The notes under the pieces: generated by a model
Database searches by the model: none
What the model saw: only the letters and a program-made list of their open reading frames with translations
What the model was told of the DNA's origin: nothing
In this document: piece after piece, positions 17,855 through 28,286 of the stretch
Numbering within the stretch: the first letter of the stretch is position 1
Layout: every line of letters starts with the position of its first letter
Source: a virus
Lineage: Duplodnaviria > Caudoviricetes
IMG/VR virus record: IMGVR_UViG_3300030098_001384
Location: 1 to 55,186 of that record
Length of the DNA: 55,186 nucleotides
Reading direction: 5' to 3' (one strand)
Program-made: the position numbers and the translations under genes

Positions 17855-20800
17855 TTAGTTTCCTCCCATATTTTGTTGCATTTGTTGTAATAATTCTCTT
17901 TCTCTTATAATTCCCCCTGCTCCTATTGGCGGTATTTGATCATAAAGTTTGCTAGGATTTTGTGAAATATATTCTTTATTTTCTAAATAGTTTTCAAAAA
18001 GAGCCATAGATTCTCCCATTAGTTGTGGGAGCCACACAAGAGCAGGAACATTTACGCTTCCTGATAGTGGTTTTCCTGATTTTATAATGTCGGCTATTTT
18101 TTCTGTAGCTTTAGGATTTAATAATAAACCAGCTATAGAAGCCATTTCATTTGATTTCATTTGCACAACCAATGCTTCTGCACCTATGTATTTAAGACCA
18201 GTACGGCCTTGGGCTACCGCATTAGTTCTACCTACATATGAACCTATTGTAAGTTGAGGAAGTCCACGGGTAGGTGTATCTATCAAAGATGTATCAACAC
18301 CTTTTCGCATTGATGTTAAAGCAGCATTTTCTCCTAAAAGAACAAGGTCATCTACATTTATTCTTTCACCAAAAAGGTCTTTTATAATTTTTTTATTACT
18401 TTTTAAAAATTCCAAACTTTCCATAGATAAATTGTATACATAGCTACTTTCCCCTTTTCTAATCATTAAATCACCTACAGATGCAAATTTATTCATAAAG
18501 CCTTGTACAAATAAAGTATGAACTGCCTCATTAAACTTTTCTAGTTTTTTAGGATTGTTTAAAGAGATGATGTTATCTTGCACATCTTTTAATACACCAG
18601 ATTGTAAATCAGTTAGTAAATTCTGTGGATCAGCTTGATATCTGCTTAATTTTTGTAAATCTCCACCAAGCACTTCATCTTTTAAAAATTTAATTCGGTT
18701 ATCTATTTTTCCTTTTAAAACTTTTTTTGTTTTATTCATTACTGTTTGTGCATCTACTAAATCTTTTGCTAACGTATCCGATTGATCTACAGCTTTCTGT
18801 AACCTAGTGTCAAAATCTCGTGCTTCCATAAAATCAAACCGTTTTCTTTTTGTTACTGGATCTATACTTGCTTCTTCTAATGCGTCTATTATTCTCATTT
18901 TTTTATTAAGGTTTGCTGTTCCTATAGTTGCTGGTTCTTGAAATACTTCTATCACGTCTGTTACATTTACATCATCTGTAGGAACATTTATGGTTTTACC
19001 TGCTAATAATTTTTCAAGATCTCTCGGTGACGCTTCTACAATTTCTTTTTGAACTAATGTAAGAGCATGTAAATTTATTGCTTTTTCAAATTCCGCTTTT
19101 AATTTTGGATCAGCTCCTTGAAATAGAGTATCTATATCTCTATATACACCTGCTGCATCATCGGGATTACTAAATATTTGATCGGCCCATTTTTCAGGTT
19201 GTAAACTATACTCATGTCCACCAATATATTCTGGCTCTGATCTTTGTCTCCCCCTAGTTCCCCAAGTCTTCTTTAAAAGATTACTTTCTAACGCATTATA
19301 ATATTTTACATTAGCTTCGTTAGCTTGATTTAATATCTCTCTATTTAATTTAATGTCTGGATCATCTTCTAGTTTTTTATATTCAATATCCATAGATCGT
19401 TTTATGTCCTGTAATCCAAAATATTGAAAAGCTTTTATATCTTTAATATCAGGTTTAAGTAATCGCATTCTTGCATTTAATCCACTTTCTATATTTCTTA
19501 AATCTTTTGCGGATAAATAAAAAGATGGCATTTTAGATATTCCATCTATACTAATGTTTTTTGCCATTAAAGTTTCTAATATAAAACTTTCGCTTTTCAT
19601 AGCTCGTTCTATTTCAGCAGGTTCCATTTTAGCTTCTTTAAAAACTTCTCTAAGATAATCATTAAATTGTATGTCAGTAAGTCCTTCTTCCTTTTTTATA
19701 AGATTAAAATAATCTTGAGCTGCTTCACCAAACAAATTATCTAAAGCCTTTTGTGTATCACCAATATTATCTCTAAAATCTTGAGATGCACTTCTGTTTA
19801 TTTTATCTTTTAACGCAAAATAGAACCCATTACCATTTACAACTTTATCTAAAGCATTTGCTTCTTTATATAACGTATCTTTTGCATCTTTTAATGCATT
19901 TTTTTGGTCTATTATTATGCTTGCTATATTTTTACTATTAGTAGATTTAGCTTTTATTGGATTTGCATTAAAGGCCTCTTTTGCTATATCATTCATTTCA
20001 GCTGCTGCTTCTATTCTTTTAGCATCATATTTTTCTAAAAATTCTATGGCTCTTTTTTGTCCACTTGTAAGTTTTATACTCGCTATTAAATCTCTTATGC
20101 TATGATCTACTGCAGGGTTTCCTAATACAAAGTTATCTATTTCTAAATTTATAGCATCTTCTAATTTATCCGCACTATCTACAGCTTCATCTGCTAAAGT
20201 TCTTTGCATAAGTTTAAGTTCGTTTACAAAATAACGTACTTCAGTTTGGATAGTTTCTGCTCTACCTTCACCGGTTGTTAATTTTTTGTTTATTCCAGAT
20301 AAAACATCTTGTAAAACTGTATTTAACTGTTCTGCTAATTCTTGTTTCTGTTGAAAATAATCTTCTAAACCCGCTTGAGCTAACATTCCAGTACGAAATG
20401 AACTAGATCGTTTTGCTTTAAATGCAAATAAATCAGGCTCAATACCTCTTAAAACATTTAAATTAAACAAAGTTCCGAGGCTTGTTTCTGGATTTTCTAT
20501 ACCTAAATTCCTAAGACCGTCTACAATCTTTGTAGAATAATCTATAAATTTTAACATACGTGATTGAGACAGTGGAGATAATTCACTGAATGATTTTATG
20601 AATTTTTCTCCTTGCTTTATTTCTTTTGGTGTCAATCCTAAATTTGCTAAATTTTCATCTCCTCGTAAAACTTTTGCAAAACCATCTAAAGATAAACCAC
20701 CCCTAAACTCTTGGATCATTTCTTTTTCAACTCTGCTAAGATCTACTTCATCAGGCTCCACTCCTCCAGTTTCTTTTTTTGCTCTTTGCAACACGGCTTG

Positions 20801-22384
20801 ATCAAAACCTTTTTTTCCTCCATACTCTTTATAGGCTAAATTTGTAGCAGTATTCACATCAAATTTTCCAAAAGGTTTAATAAAAGGATTTATTATATGT
20901 GTAGAAGCAATACCTATACCTCTAGCTAAATTATCTAATGCTCTGTAAATACCTCCAGAAGTAAATGTTGCTACAATTGCTCCAGCAGTGTTTAGGCCTC
21001 CACCCACTTCCCAATCCATAGACCTATCTAAAAGATAAGCTGTACCACCATAAGCACCTTCTGCAAGAGCTGCACCACCCCACCACTGTGGTCGTTCTTT
21101 TCTCATTTGATAAATTTGATCTCTTTTAAATCCACTAAATGATTCTGATAAACGAGTAATTTTATCACCACCCTCTTTTTTTGTTTGAGATAAATCTTTT
21201 AATTTTACTCGGATTGTTTTTGATAACTCATAAATTGTAGGAGCCCTAGTTATGCCCCTTTCTGCCAATTCTCTTCTAACGAGTTTTTCTGATTCAACAG
21301 CAATATCACCAACTTCACCCCACGCTTTTCTGCTTGCCCATAAACCCGCTACAAATCCTGCTGGAAAAGTAACTCCTTCTATAGCTAAATTAATAGCTAA
21401 CAATTTAGCCGGCACATCTTCTCTTCTTCCAAATTTATCAGCAAGATCAGATAGTAATAATGGTTTATAATTTCCTTTTTCATCTGTTATATACTCATGC
21501 ATTTTACCGTCTTGCAAAACCCTTTTTGCAGTTTCTACGTCACCAAAAGTAGCCTTTACTCCTTTCCAAATCCCGACTCTTTGTGCAATATCAGCCCCTT
21601 GAAAAACTTCCTCTGTTGTAGGTATAAAATCATAAAAATGATCTAAACCAAAAGTACCCACTACAGCTGCTCCTCCTACTACTGGGTTAGCTATAATAGC
21701 ACTAGCACCTACAGCGTACTTTATACTTTCTGGACCAAATGTCATATAGTCTGAAAAAATACTTGCTATAGTTGCGGGCCTTCCCTCCGCAGTTCCTAAA
21801 GTTTTTAAATCTAATTCGTTTATGCGATCTCTTGTTGCTCTATATATTTCCTCTAGTCTTTCTTTAGGTATATCAGCACTAACAACATATCTGTCTAAAA
21901 CTTTAGATTTTCCATTTTCATCTGGAGCAGAATATAATTTCATTACATAATTAACTATTTTACCATTATCATCTTTTAAAGCTTTAAATGTTAAGTTAGG
22001 TTTAGATGCTTTTCTAATAGTTTCCTTTGCTCGTTTTTTAAAATACTCTTTACGTATATCTTTTGCATCTTCTGGAGTTACAAATTTTGTAGGTTCAGGA
22101 GCTTCTGCAGCAAACAATATTTCTGCGTCAGATGTAGGTGGTGCGGGTGGTGTTACAGCAGGGGGTGTATCTAATTTTGTATCTAATTGCTCATCCGCTT
22201 GAGCACTATCTATATCTTTGTCTGGATCGTCTTTATAAACCTCTGCAGGAGATACTTTGTTCTCAGCCACCTGTTGGTTTTCTACAGGTACTTCTAACGC
22301 TTTCACCTGTTCATTTAACACGTTGTCTGTAACAACATTGTTATCTACAGCTTCATTTTTATTTAAGTCAGCAATCGTTGCCAT
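17855..22384 (-). CDS. Large internal virion (ejection) protein
   Basis: 1509 aa, helical, at the end of the structural block as in podoviruses. Confidence 0.65.
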   Translation of the reverse strand: MATIADLNKNEAVDNNVVTDNVLNEQVKALEVPVENQQVAENKVSPAEVYKDDPDKDIDSAQADEQLDTKLDTPPAVTPPAPPTSDAEILFAAEAPEPTKFVTPEDAKDIRKEYFKKRAKETIRKASKPNLTFKALKDDNGKIVNYVMKLYSAPDENGKSKVLDRYVVSADIPKERLEEIYRATRDRINELDLKTLGTAEGRPATIASIFSDYMTFGPESIKYAVGASAIIANPVVGGAAVVGTFGLDHFYDFIPTTEEVFQGADIAQRVGIWKGVKATFGDVETAKRVLQDGKMHEYITDEKGNYKPLLLSDLADKFGRREDVPAKLLAINLAIEGVTFPAGFVAGLWASRKAWGEVGDIAVESEKLVRRELAERGITRAPTIYELSKTIRVKLKDLSQTKKEGGDKITRLSESFSGFKRDQIYQMRKERPQWWGGAALAEGAYGGTAYLLDRSMDWEVGGGLNTAGAIVATFTSGGIYRALDNLARGIGIASTHIINPFIKPFGKFDVNTATNLAYKEYGGKKGFDQAVLQRAKKETGGVEPDEVDLSRVEKEMIQEFRGGLSLDGFAKVLRGDENLANLGLTPKEIKQGEKFIKSFSELSPLSQSRMLKFIDYSTKIVDGLRNLGIENPETSLGTLFNLNVLRGIEPDLFAFKAKRSSSFRTGMLAQAGLEDYFQQKQELAEQLNTVLQDVLSGINKKLTTGEGRAETIQTEVRYFVNELKLMQRTLADEAVDSADKLEDAINLEIDNFVLGNPAVDHSIRDLIASIKLTSGQKRAIEFLEKYDAKRIEAAAEMNDIAKEAFNANPIKAKSTNSKNIASIIIDQKNALKDAKDTLYKEANALDKVVNGNGFYFALKDKINRSASQDFRDNIGDTQKALDNLFGEAAQDYFNLIKKEEGLTDIQFNDYLREVFKEAKMEPAEIERAMKSESFILETLMAKNISIDGISKMPSFYLSAKDLRNIESGLNARMRLLKPDIKDIKAFQYFGLQDIKRSMDIEYKKLEDDPDIKLNREILNQANEANVKYYNALESNLLKKTWGTRGRQRSEPEYIGGHEYSLQPEKWADQIFSNPDDAAGVYRDIDTLFQGADPKLKAEFEKAINLHALTLVQKEIVEASPRDLEKLLAGKTINVPTDDVNVTDVIEVFQEPATIGTANLNKKMRIIDALEEASIDPVTKRKRFDFMEARDFDTRLQKAVDQSDTLAKDLVDAQTVMNKTKKVLKGKIDNRIKFLKDEVLGGDLQKLSRYQADPQNLLTDLQSGVLKDVQDNIISLNNPKKLEKFNEAVHTLFVQGFMNKFASVGDLMIRKGESSYVYNLSMESLEFLKSNKKIIKDLFGERINVDDLVLLGENAALTSMRKGVDTSLIDTPTRGLPQLTIGSYVGRTNAVAQGRTGLKYIGAEALVVQMKSNEMASIAGLLLNPKATEKIADIIKSGKPLSGSVNVPALVWLPQLMGESMALFENYLENKEYISQNPSKLYDQIPPIGAGGIIRERELLQQMQQNMGGN

Positions 22385-22400
22385 TTATTGAACCTTTCTA

Positions 22401-24323
22401 CTAATCAAAGTTTCCTTTTTTGTAATCTTCAAACAAATCTGCTCCATCTGCACTTGTACTCGGATCATCACTACTCATCATGGTTTGTATTTCTTGCAGG
22501 GTATAACCACTTACAGTATTACCTTTATCACCATCAGTTTTTTCATCTCCGCCTCCTTCTATTATTTCTTCACCCCTTTGTAGTGTATCTAAAGTTTCAC
22601 CAGCAGTGTTTCTGTAGGATGCCCCAATATTTCTATCAGCATGAGTATAAAGATTGTTTAATAATCTTACTGCAGTAATACTTAATTCTCCTTTTCGGTA
22701 ATTACCTTGTTCTCCTACATTATCTAAGTCTCTAATAGTTACACCATAATTTCTAGCAATTTTTGTGCCTATTACATATTCTCTATATATTTGAGCTACT
22801 TTTAAATCGCCTACCGTTATTGCATCTGCAAATAACCGATTTTTTTCATTAATACTATTTAAGAACTTACCAATTTCTTCTAATCTGTGTACAAGAATAT
22901 CACCACTTTGAAATAAACTTTCTCCTAAAGATGCTTTAATATTTTTTACATCCATATCAGAAATAGTTCTACCACCTGTACCTCCTTGTAAAGCAGCAGC
23001 TATTTGGTATGCTATAAATTCTTGATAAACTTCATAGGATGCTCTAAATTCTCCTACATCTCTAATGTAAGTATCAGATAAGATATTTCCCATTTTTGTT
23101 TTAAATCTTTCTTCTGTTCCATCATTTGCAAATTCTATACCAAGAGCAGCTTTAAATAAATCCATTACTTCAACAAGCTGTTGAGCACCACCACCCTTTT
23201 CAATAAAGTTAGCAATTTTACCCATACCTTTTCCTAAAAGACCAAGAGGAACAGCTCTATTTTGATATTTTTTTTGGTATTCTTTTACAAGGCCAATCAT
23301 TTGTACTGTATTATCAAAAGCAGTAGTGGTAGACATATACAAATCTCTTTTACCTTTTATATCATAACTCTTTGACAATTTGTCAAATTCATCTTTTGTA
23401 GTGTCGTAACCCTTTGCTATAGAATTAAAATTATCTATTTTTGCTGAACTAATAACTCTTAGAAAAAATGCATCTCTTTCTTTTTCAGCCTCTACTGTGT
23501 TTTCAGGAAAATACTCATAAGCCTTTTCCATAATAGTATTTGTAGAAGTTGAACCTAAACGGCCAGTATTGACCTCATACTGTAGATTTGTTAAATTTGC
23601 AGCTGTTTCTAAAGCTGCTGGCCCATACATTTCTAATACTGTTTTTACAGCAGTTTCATTACTTATAGGGTTATTGTCTCGCAGTTTTTGCGTATTTATC
23701 ATACTATGATGAGGAATAATTGATTCAGCATAATCTAAAACTGTTTTTCTATCAAAAAATTGGTCTGGGATCATAGTACCTACTATTTGCCCATCTTTAT
23801 TTTGCCCTATTAAATCTTTATTTAAAGGATCAGTTGCATCATTTTTTACACGGTTATTAGGATTATACATATCAGAATTAAAATTAATTTTCATAATATC
23901 GTGTGCATTGAGCATAGGAATTACACTACTATCAGTGACTTTTGTTGTTTGATCTCGTACAAAAGATTGAATAGGTTTAAGTTTAATATTTAATCGTGCC
24001 CTATCACCGGGGTTTAAATTTTTATAATAGTCACTCTCTATTATATCTAATGTTTTGTCTGCGAAAGCTAATGAAGCGGGAAGATTTCCTTTTGCTGATT
24101 CTAAATCCCAATTAATTTTTTTACCATTTAACAGGGGGTATTCCGTCTCTCCATTTTCATTTGTAAAATATAATTTTGGAATTAAAGCATTTGCAGCATC
24201 TGCTTCTGTTTGAACTTTGGCTCTTATTAAAGCTTCATCATATGCTTGTTTCTTAGCAGCAGCGGTATCAGCATTGTAAGCCCTAACCATTCCTCCAGCT
24301 ATTGATATCAACGGATTTATCAT
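22401..24323 (-). CDS. Putative internal virion protein
   Basis: Position; GRTISDMDV motif common in ejection proteins. Confidence 0.55.
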   Translation of the reverse strand: MINPLISIAGGMVRAYNADTAAAKKQAYDEALIRAKVQTEADAANALIPKLYFTNENGETEYPLLNGKKINWDLESAKGNLPASLAFADKTLDIIESDYYKNLNPGDRARLNIKLKPIQSFVRDQTTKVTDSSVIPMLNAHDIMKINFNSDMYNPNNRVKNDATDPLNKDLIGQNKDGQIVGTMIPDQFFDRKTVLDYAESIIPHHSMINTQKLRDNNPISNETAVKTVLEMYGPAALETAANLTNLQYEVNTGRLGSTSTNTIMEKAYEYFPENTVEAEKERDAFFLRVISSAKIDNFNSIAKGYDTTKDEFDKLSKSYDIKGKRDLYMSTTTAFDNTVQMIGLVKEYQKKYQNRAVPLGLLGKGMGKIANFIEKGGGAQQLVEVMDLFKAALGIEFANDGTEERFKTKMGNILSDTYIRDVGEFRASYEVYQEFIAYQIAAALQGGTGGRTISDMDVKNIKASLGESLFQSGDILVHRLEEIGKFLNSINEKNRLFADAITVGDLKVAQIYREYVIGTKIARNYGVTIRDLDNVGEQGNYRKGELSITAVRLLNNLYTHADRNIGASYRNTAGETLDTLQRGEEIIEGGGDEKTDGDKGNTVSGYTLQEIQTMMSSDDPSTSADGADLFEDYKKGNFD

Positions 24324-24949
24324 TATATCATACCCTCTTCATCTGTAGTTATTACCATCATACCTTCTTCAGGCATACCTTCTTGATTTTCTAACATGCT
24401 TAAATCTTCTAACATCATGGGTTCTTCTTCTAAAAATCCTTGAGGTTCCATTGGTTGCTCTAACATTTCTGTCATTTCCGCAACTACCTCTGGGTAATTT
24501 TCTCGTAAGCTATCTATTATTTGTTGATCACTTACATCTTGTTTTGGATCGTTATCATTATACATCACAAGTGGATATCCTCGGTCTATAGCCATTGTAG
24601 CAAAGTATGCAGATAGAGGAAACTTGATAATTTCTGCTACATCTGGATTCCACAACCCTTCAGCAAACCCCGTAAATGCTATGGTGTTTACAATACTTTC
24701 TACAGGAGTTCCTGACATTAGAAACTTATCTATGTCATCTTTTGTATCTTGATCATCCTCTATTCTTCCTATAACAAAATCCACAGCATCATCAGGATCT
24801 ACCATTTTAGGTGGTGCATCCCAAGGCCATTTGCCCGGTTCATCGGTAAGAGATTGTCCGGGTACAGGAGCATCAAATGGATCTATTTGTTCAGGAGAAT
24901 TTACAGAACCTTCATTTGCTTGTTGTATTTTTTTTGGGTTTAATAACAT
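24323..24949 (-). CDS. Acidic virion-associated protein
   Basis: APVPGQSLTDEPGKWPWDAPP motif of marine podovirus proteins. Confidence 0.6.
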   Translation of the reverse strand: MLLNPKKIQQANEGSVNSPEQIDPFDAPVPGQSLTDEPGKWPWDAPPKMVDPDDAVDFVIGRIEDDQDTKDDIDKFLMSGTPVESIVNTIAFTGFAEGLWNPDVAEIIKFPLSAYFATMAIDRGYPLVMYNDNDPKQDVSDQQIIDSLRENYPEVVAEMTEMLEQPMEPQGFLEEEPMMLEDLSMLENQEGMPEEGMMVITTDEEGMI

Positions 24950-24961
24950 GTCGTTTGTCCT

Positions 24962-25636
24962 CTACGCTGTGTATCTATATGCTGGTCTTCTTACTGATAA
25001 ACTACCAGATTCCTTTATACTAATATTTGGGCCTATTCTAGCTACTCCACGAGTTTGTTGGTCTATGTCTCTATAATATCTATCTTGGTATGCTTTGGCT
25101 AAAACTTGAGCAGCAGTTCGGTTAGGGTTAAAAGGATCAGTTCTTCTAGCTGCAGCTATGGCAATGTTTCCAGATGGGCTAATTGGAGCTATAGCACGGT
25201 GAGTGGCTCTAGCACCTCCACCTGTTTGGATTGGTCTTCCGGCTGAGTCTCTAACTAAATTACCAGCTTTATCCGTAAGGTATTTTTTTACAGGATCAGG
25301 TAATACACCTCCAACCGCATCTTTTAATTCATTTTTAAATTTACCAAAAGTAGCTCCCGGTTTTCCCATAAGATAATCATATCCGCTACCAGCAAATGCC
25401 CCGCCTACTTTAAATGGAGCCGATATAAGATCTGCACCTAATCTTTGTACATCTGCTAAAAACCCCGTTTTACCAGCAGTAGGAGCTATAAAATCATAGA
25501 TGTCATCAGTTTCTGGTAAAAATGTATTTTGAAATGCTCCAGCCCTAGATGCAGCACCATAGCCTACCGCACCTATGCCAAGTAACGCAGCCTTACCCCA
25601 GTTTGACCTCCATGCTTTTCTTAAAGTTTTTATCAT
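24962..25636 (-). CDS. Putative internal virion protein
   Basis: Gly/Ala-rich with hydrophobic N-terminal segment; position. Confidence 0.5.
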   Translation of the reverse strand: MIKTLRKAWRSNWGKAALLGIGAVGYGAASRAGAFQNTFLPETDDIYDFIAPTAGKTGFLADVQRLGADLISAPFKVGGAFAGSGYDYLMGKPGATFGKFKNELKDAVGGVLPDPVKKYLTDKAGNLVRDSAGRPIQTGGGARATHRAIAPISPSGNIAIAAARRTDPFNPNRTAAQVLAKAYQDRYYRDIDQQTRGVARIGPNISIKESGSLSVRRPAYRYTA

Positions 25637-25645
25637 CGTTTACTC

Positions 25646-27043
25646 CTAACTAAATATTTTATTGTATATTGCAGTACCTAAATCCATATACATATTATCT
25701 TTATATTCTGTTTCATACTGATCTCTACTAAATTCATTCTGCTGCGAAGACAAAGCAAAAGCATGGGCACGACTAGCAGCAGACTCTGCTCTTTGCAAAG
25801 ACCACTGTGCTTCATCTCTGTATCTTTGCCACAATTGATTTTGTGCTTGTACAGATAACCCTAAAAGATTTTGTGCGTTTAGTCTTGTAGTTTCATTTTG
25901 TGTTGCAGTGTTTTGTGTATTTATTTGTCTACGCCAATTTGCATTACTCTGATCAATTTGTGCTGCCATATTAGCATTAAATTTATCTCGGCTATCTTCC
26001 ATTTGTGATACAAATCTTGCTGTAGCATTACCTTGGTCAGCGTTAAATTGTCTCATTGCTGCTACCCTTGTTTTATTTGCATTCTCCACCTGTACACCTA
26101 ATTCGTTAAAAAACTCTGTTATTTGGTTTTCAGATTTGGCATTAAATTGTAATGCTGCATTTTGTTGGGCTTGGTTTGTAAATAATTTTTGAATATGCGA
26201 TTGATGAGATAGTGCATTAGCCTGTTGTGCATTGGTTAAATTTTGTGTGTCCATAGTTAAAAAGGACTTTGCGTTGTTTACAGCAGCCTGCATTCTTGCG
26301 TTAAGGTTAGCTTTATCCATAGCAGCATAGGTCATAGCATTTTGCAATGCAGTTTGTTGTGCATTATTTAAATTTTGCATATCCATTGTTGCGTATGTTT
26401 TTGCATCCGCAGCAGCAATTGGAATGCCAGCCTCCATAATAGATTGTGTTATTGCAGCAGCAGCCATAGAGGATGCACCTAAACCTCTTGCTTGCATCTG
26501 TGCAGTTACGTTTCTTACAGCTGGAGCAGCCCATGCTGGTAACTCTTCACCAGTTTTTATACTTTCAAACAATTGTCCAAGCTGATATTTAACTGTTGCC
26601 TTTTCACTTACAGTTCCCTGTGCAGCAGAAGCTACAGCTTCTTGAGATACTGTACCTTGAACATCACCAATTTTAGACTCTTGTGATAAAGTGCCTTGAG
26701 CAGCAATGGCTTCCGGTGTATCAGGCACGGTGTATGCTGTATATTGAGCAGCAGCCGTTGCCTGCGGTTTAGCTACAGATAAATCTGTTTCACTAGCTGT
26801 AGATAATGCAGTAGTAGGTGTTGTTCCTACATCAATAGGATCAATTTGTTCTGTTGGTTGCTCTACAATTGGTGTCGGTGTTACTGTTTCACCTGCTGTT
26901 AATTCTGTTTTTTGAGCAGGAGCAGCTCTTGGCGTTAAACCAAGTGTTCCTGATACAGATTCATCTTTAGCATCGCCACCATCTGCTAACCTTTTCATCT
27001 GACCTTGTTGCATATTTTGTATAATCTTTGGTAATTTTGCCAT
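25646..27043 (-). CDS. Q/N/A-rich internal virion protein
   Basis: RGLGASSMAAAA and QFNA repeats typical of ejection proteins. Confidence 0.6.
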   Translation of the reverse strand: MAKLPKIIQNMQQGQMKRLADGGDAKDESVSGTLGLTPRAAPAQKTELTAGETVTPTPIVEQPTEQIDPIDVGTTPTTALSTASETDLSVAKPQATAAAQYTAYTVPDTPEAIAAQGTLSQESKIGDVQGTVSQEAVASAAQGTVSEKATVKYQLGQLFESIKTGEELPAWAAPAVRNVTAQMQARGLGASSMAAAAITQSIMEAGIPIAAADAKTYATMDMQNLNNAQQTALQNAMTYAAMDKANLNARMQAAVNNAKSFLTMDTQNLTNAQQANALSHQSHIQKLFTNQAQQNAALQFNAKSENQITEFFNELGVQVENANKTRVAAMRQFNADQGNATARFVSQMEDSRDKFNANMAAQIDQSNANWRRQINTQNTATQNETTRLNAQNLLGLSVQAQNQLWQRYRDEAQWSLQRAESAASRAHAFALSSQQNEFSRDQYETEYKDNMYMDLGTAIYNKIFS

Positions 27044-27046
27044 TTT

Positions 27047-27259
27047 CTAAAACCACTTATTCATTAATGTTGATATTGCTGCACCAGCTCCACTTGCCAC
27101 AAGGAGAACTCCTACAAACAGTCCTTTACCCTTGTCCAGCTGGCTCTCTAGTGAATCTAATCTTTTAGATAGTCTGTCTACATCTTTAGAAAGTGTCTCT
27201 ACCGCTTGTATCAGTTTTCCCACCTCTATTGCATCCACTTCAGTTGATTTTTGTGCCAC
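27047..27259 (-). CDS. Small coiled-coil protein with one TM segment
   Basis: GKLIQAVETL...GKG followed by hydrophobic C-terminus. Confidence 0.65.
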   Translation of the reverse strand: MAQKSTEVDAIEVGKLIQAVETLSKDVDRLSKRLDSLESQLDKGKGLFVGVLLVASGAGAAISTLMNKWF

Positions 27260-27590
27260 CTATTGTCTCCTTTAACATTGAATCGTTTCCACCAGTAGCA
27301 GCACAGCCACTTCCGTCTGGATATATTTCAAAGATTGTCCACAAGCCATTGTCTTTGTTCATGTACAATCTTACTATCATTCTACCGTCAGGTACTATTC
27401 CTTCCCAAATAACTTGTTCACCGTGTTTTTTTGTTAAATCTTCGTGAGCAAATTGAAAATCTTTTGCACAAACAAGGTTACGTACTGTTGCTCGTGTTTC
27501 TATTTGTCCTGATAAACTTTGTGCGTACACAATAGGTATAAAAAGAATATATGCAAGAGCAGCTAAAGCTACCCAAAACAGATATTTCAT
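27240..27590 (-). CDS. Secreted/membrane-anchored small protein
   Basis: N-terminal hydrophobic segment; two Cys. Confidence 0.65.
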   Translation of the reverse strand: MKYLFWVALAALAYILFIPIVYAQSLSGQIETRATVRNLVCAKDFQFAHEDLTKKHGEQVIWEGIVPDGRMIVRLYMNKDNGLWTIFEIYPDGSGCAATGGNDSMLKETIGGTKIN

Positions 27591-28276
27591 CTTCTATATC
27601 CTTCTACCCCACTGTCATCAGGCCAGTCGTTGACTTTAGCTATAGTTTTAAGTGTACCGTCACTGTTATACACATTTTCATGCAAAGCAATAAAGGCATC
27701 CATGTCACTGGCATTATCTATGGCTGTACAGATAGAAGCATGTGCTGTTCTCACGGCTGCCATGTAGGTGACCACTGCTGAAGGTATGGCTGTGTCGGCA
27801 GTAACCTTTCGTTGTATTAGCCAGTTAAAACCTTGGCATAGACTATTAGCATCTACATCAGCTTTTTCTTTAGCTAAAGTTTTTAAACCTTTTGTAACAA
27901 TTTGATTTCCATCATTATCTAACTTTGGATCGTTAGCAGATGTGCCGTCTGGTGCTTCACCATCATCTATTTGAGCTTGTGTCCATACTTCGTTTACATC
28001 GGCTAGGTTTTTATCTGCTGCTTTTTGTCCTATAGTTCTAACTACAGAGTTTTTATCTCCAGCTATGGCAAATGATTCATTTTGTTCTATGTAATATTTA
28101 CTATTAAGAGGTGTGCCACTTGTTGTTACTGGTACTATACCAATAGCTTTTCTTTCTGCATCTGTCCACAGAGAAAATAAAGTTCTAGGATGGGTTATTC
28201 CATCTACTGTCATTGTTTTCGGATGTGCAATAATTTCTTCTATTGTATCTTTATCCGAATTTAGTTTAGCCCACAT
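27587..28276 (-). CDS. Tail fibre assembly/chaperone-like protein
   Basis: WTDAERKAIGI...YMAAVR...DWP pattern; follows the fibre genes. Confidence 0.6.
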   Translation of the reverse strand: MWAKLNSDKDTIEEIIAHPKTMTVDGITHPRTLFSLWTDAERKAIGIVPVTTSGTPLNSKYYIEQNESFAIAGDKNSVVRTIGQKAADKNLADVNEVWTQAQIDDGEAPDGTSANDPKLDNDGNQIVTKGLKTLAKEKADVDANSLCQGFNWLIQRKVTADTAIPSAVVTYMAAVRTAHASICTAIDNASDMDAFIALHENVYNSDGTLKTIAKVNDWPDDSGVEGYRR

Positions 28277-28286
28277 TGTTTTTCTC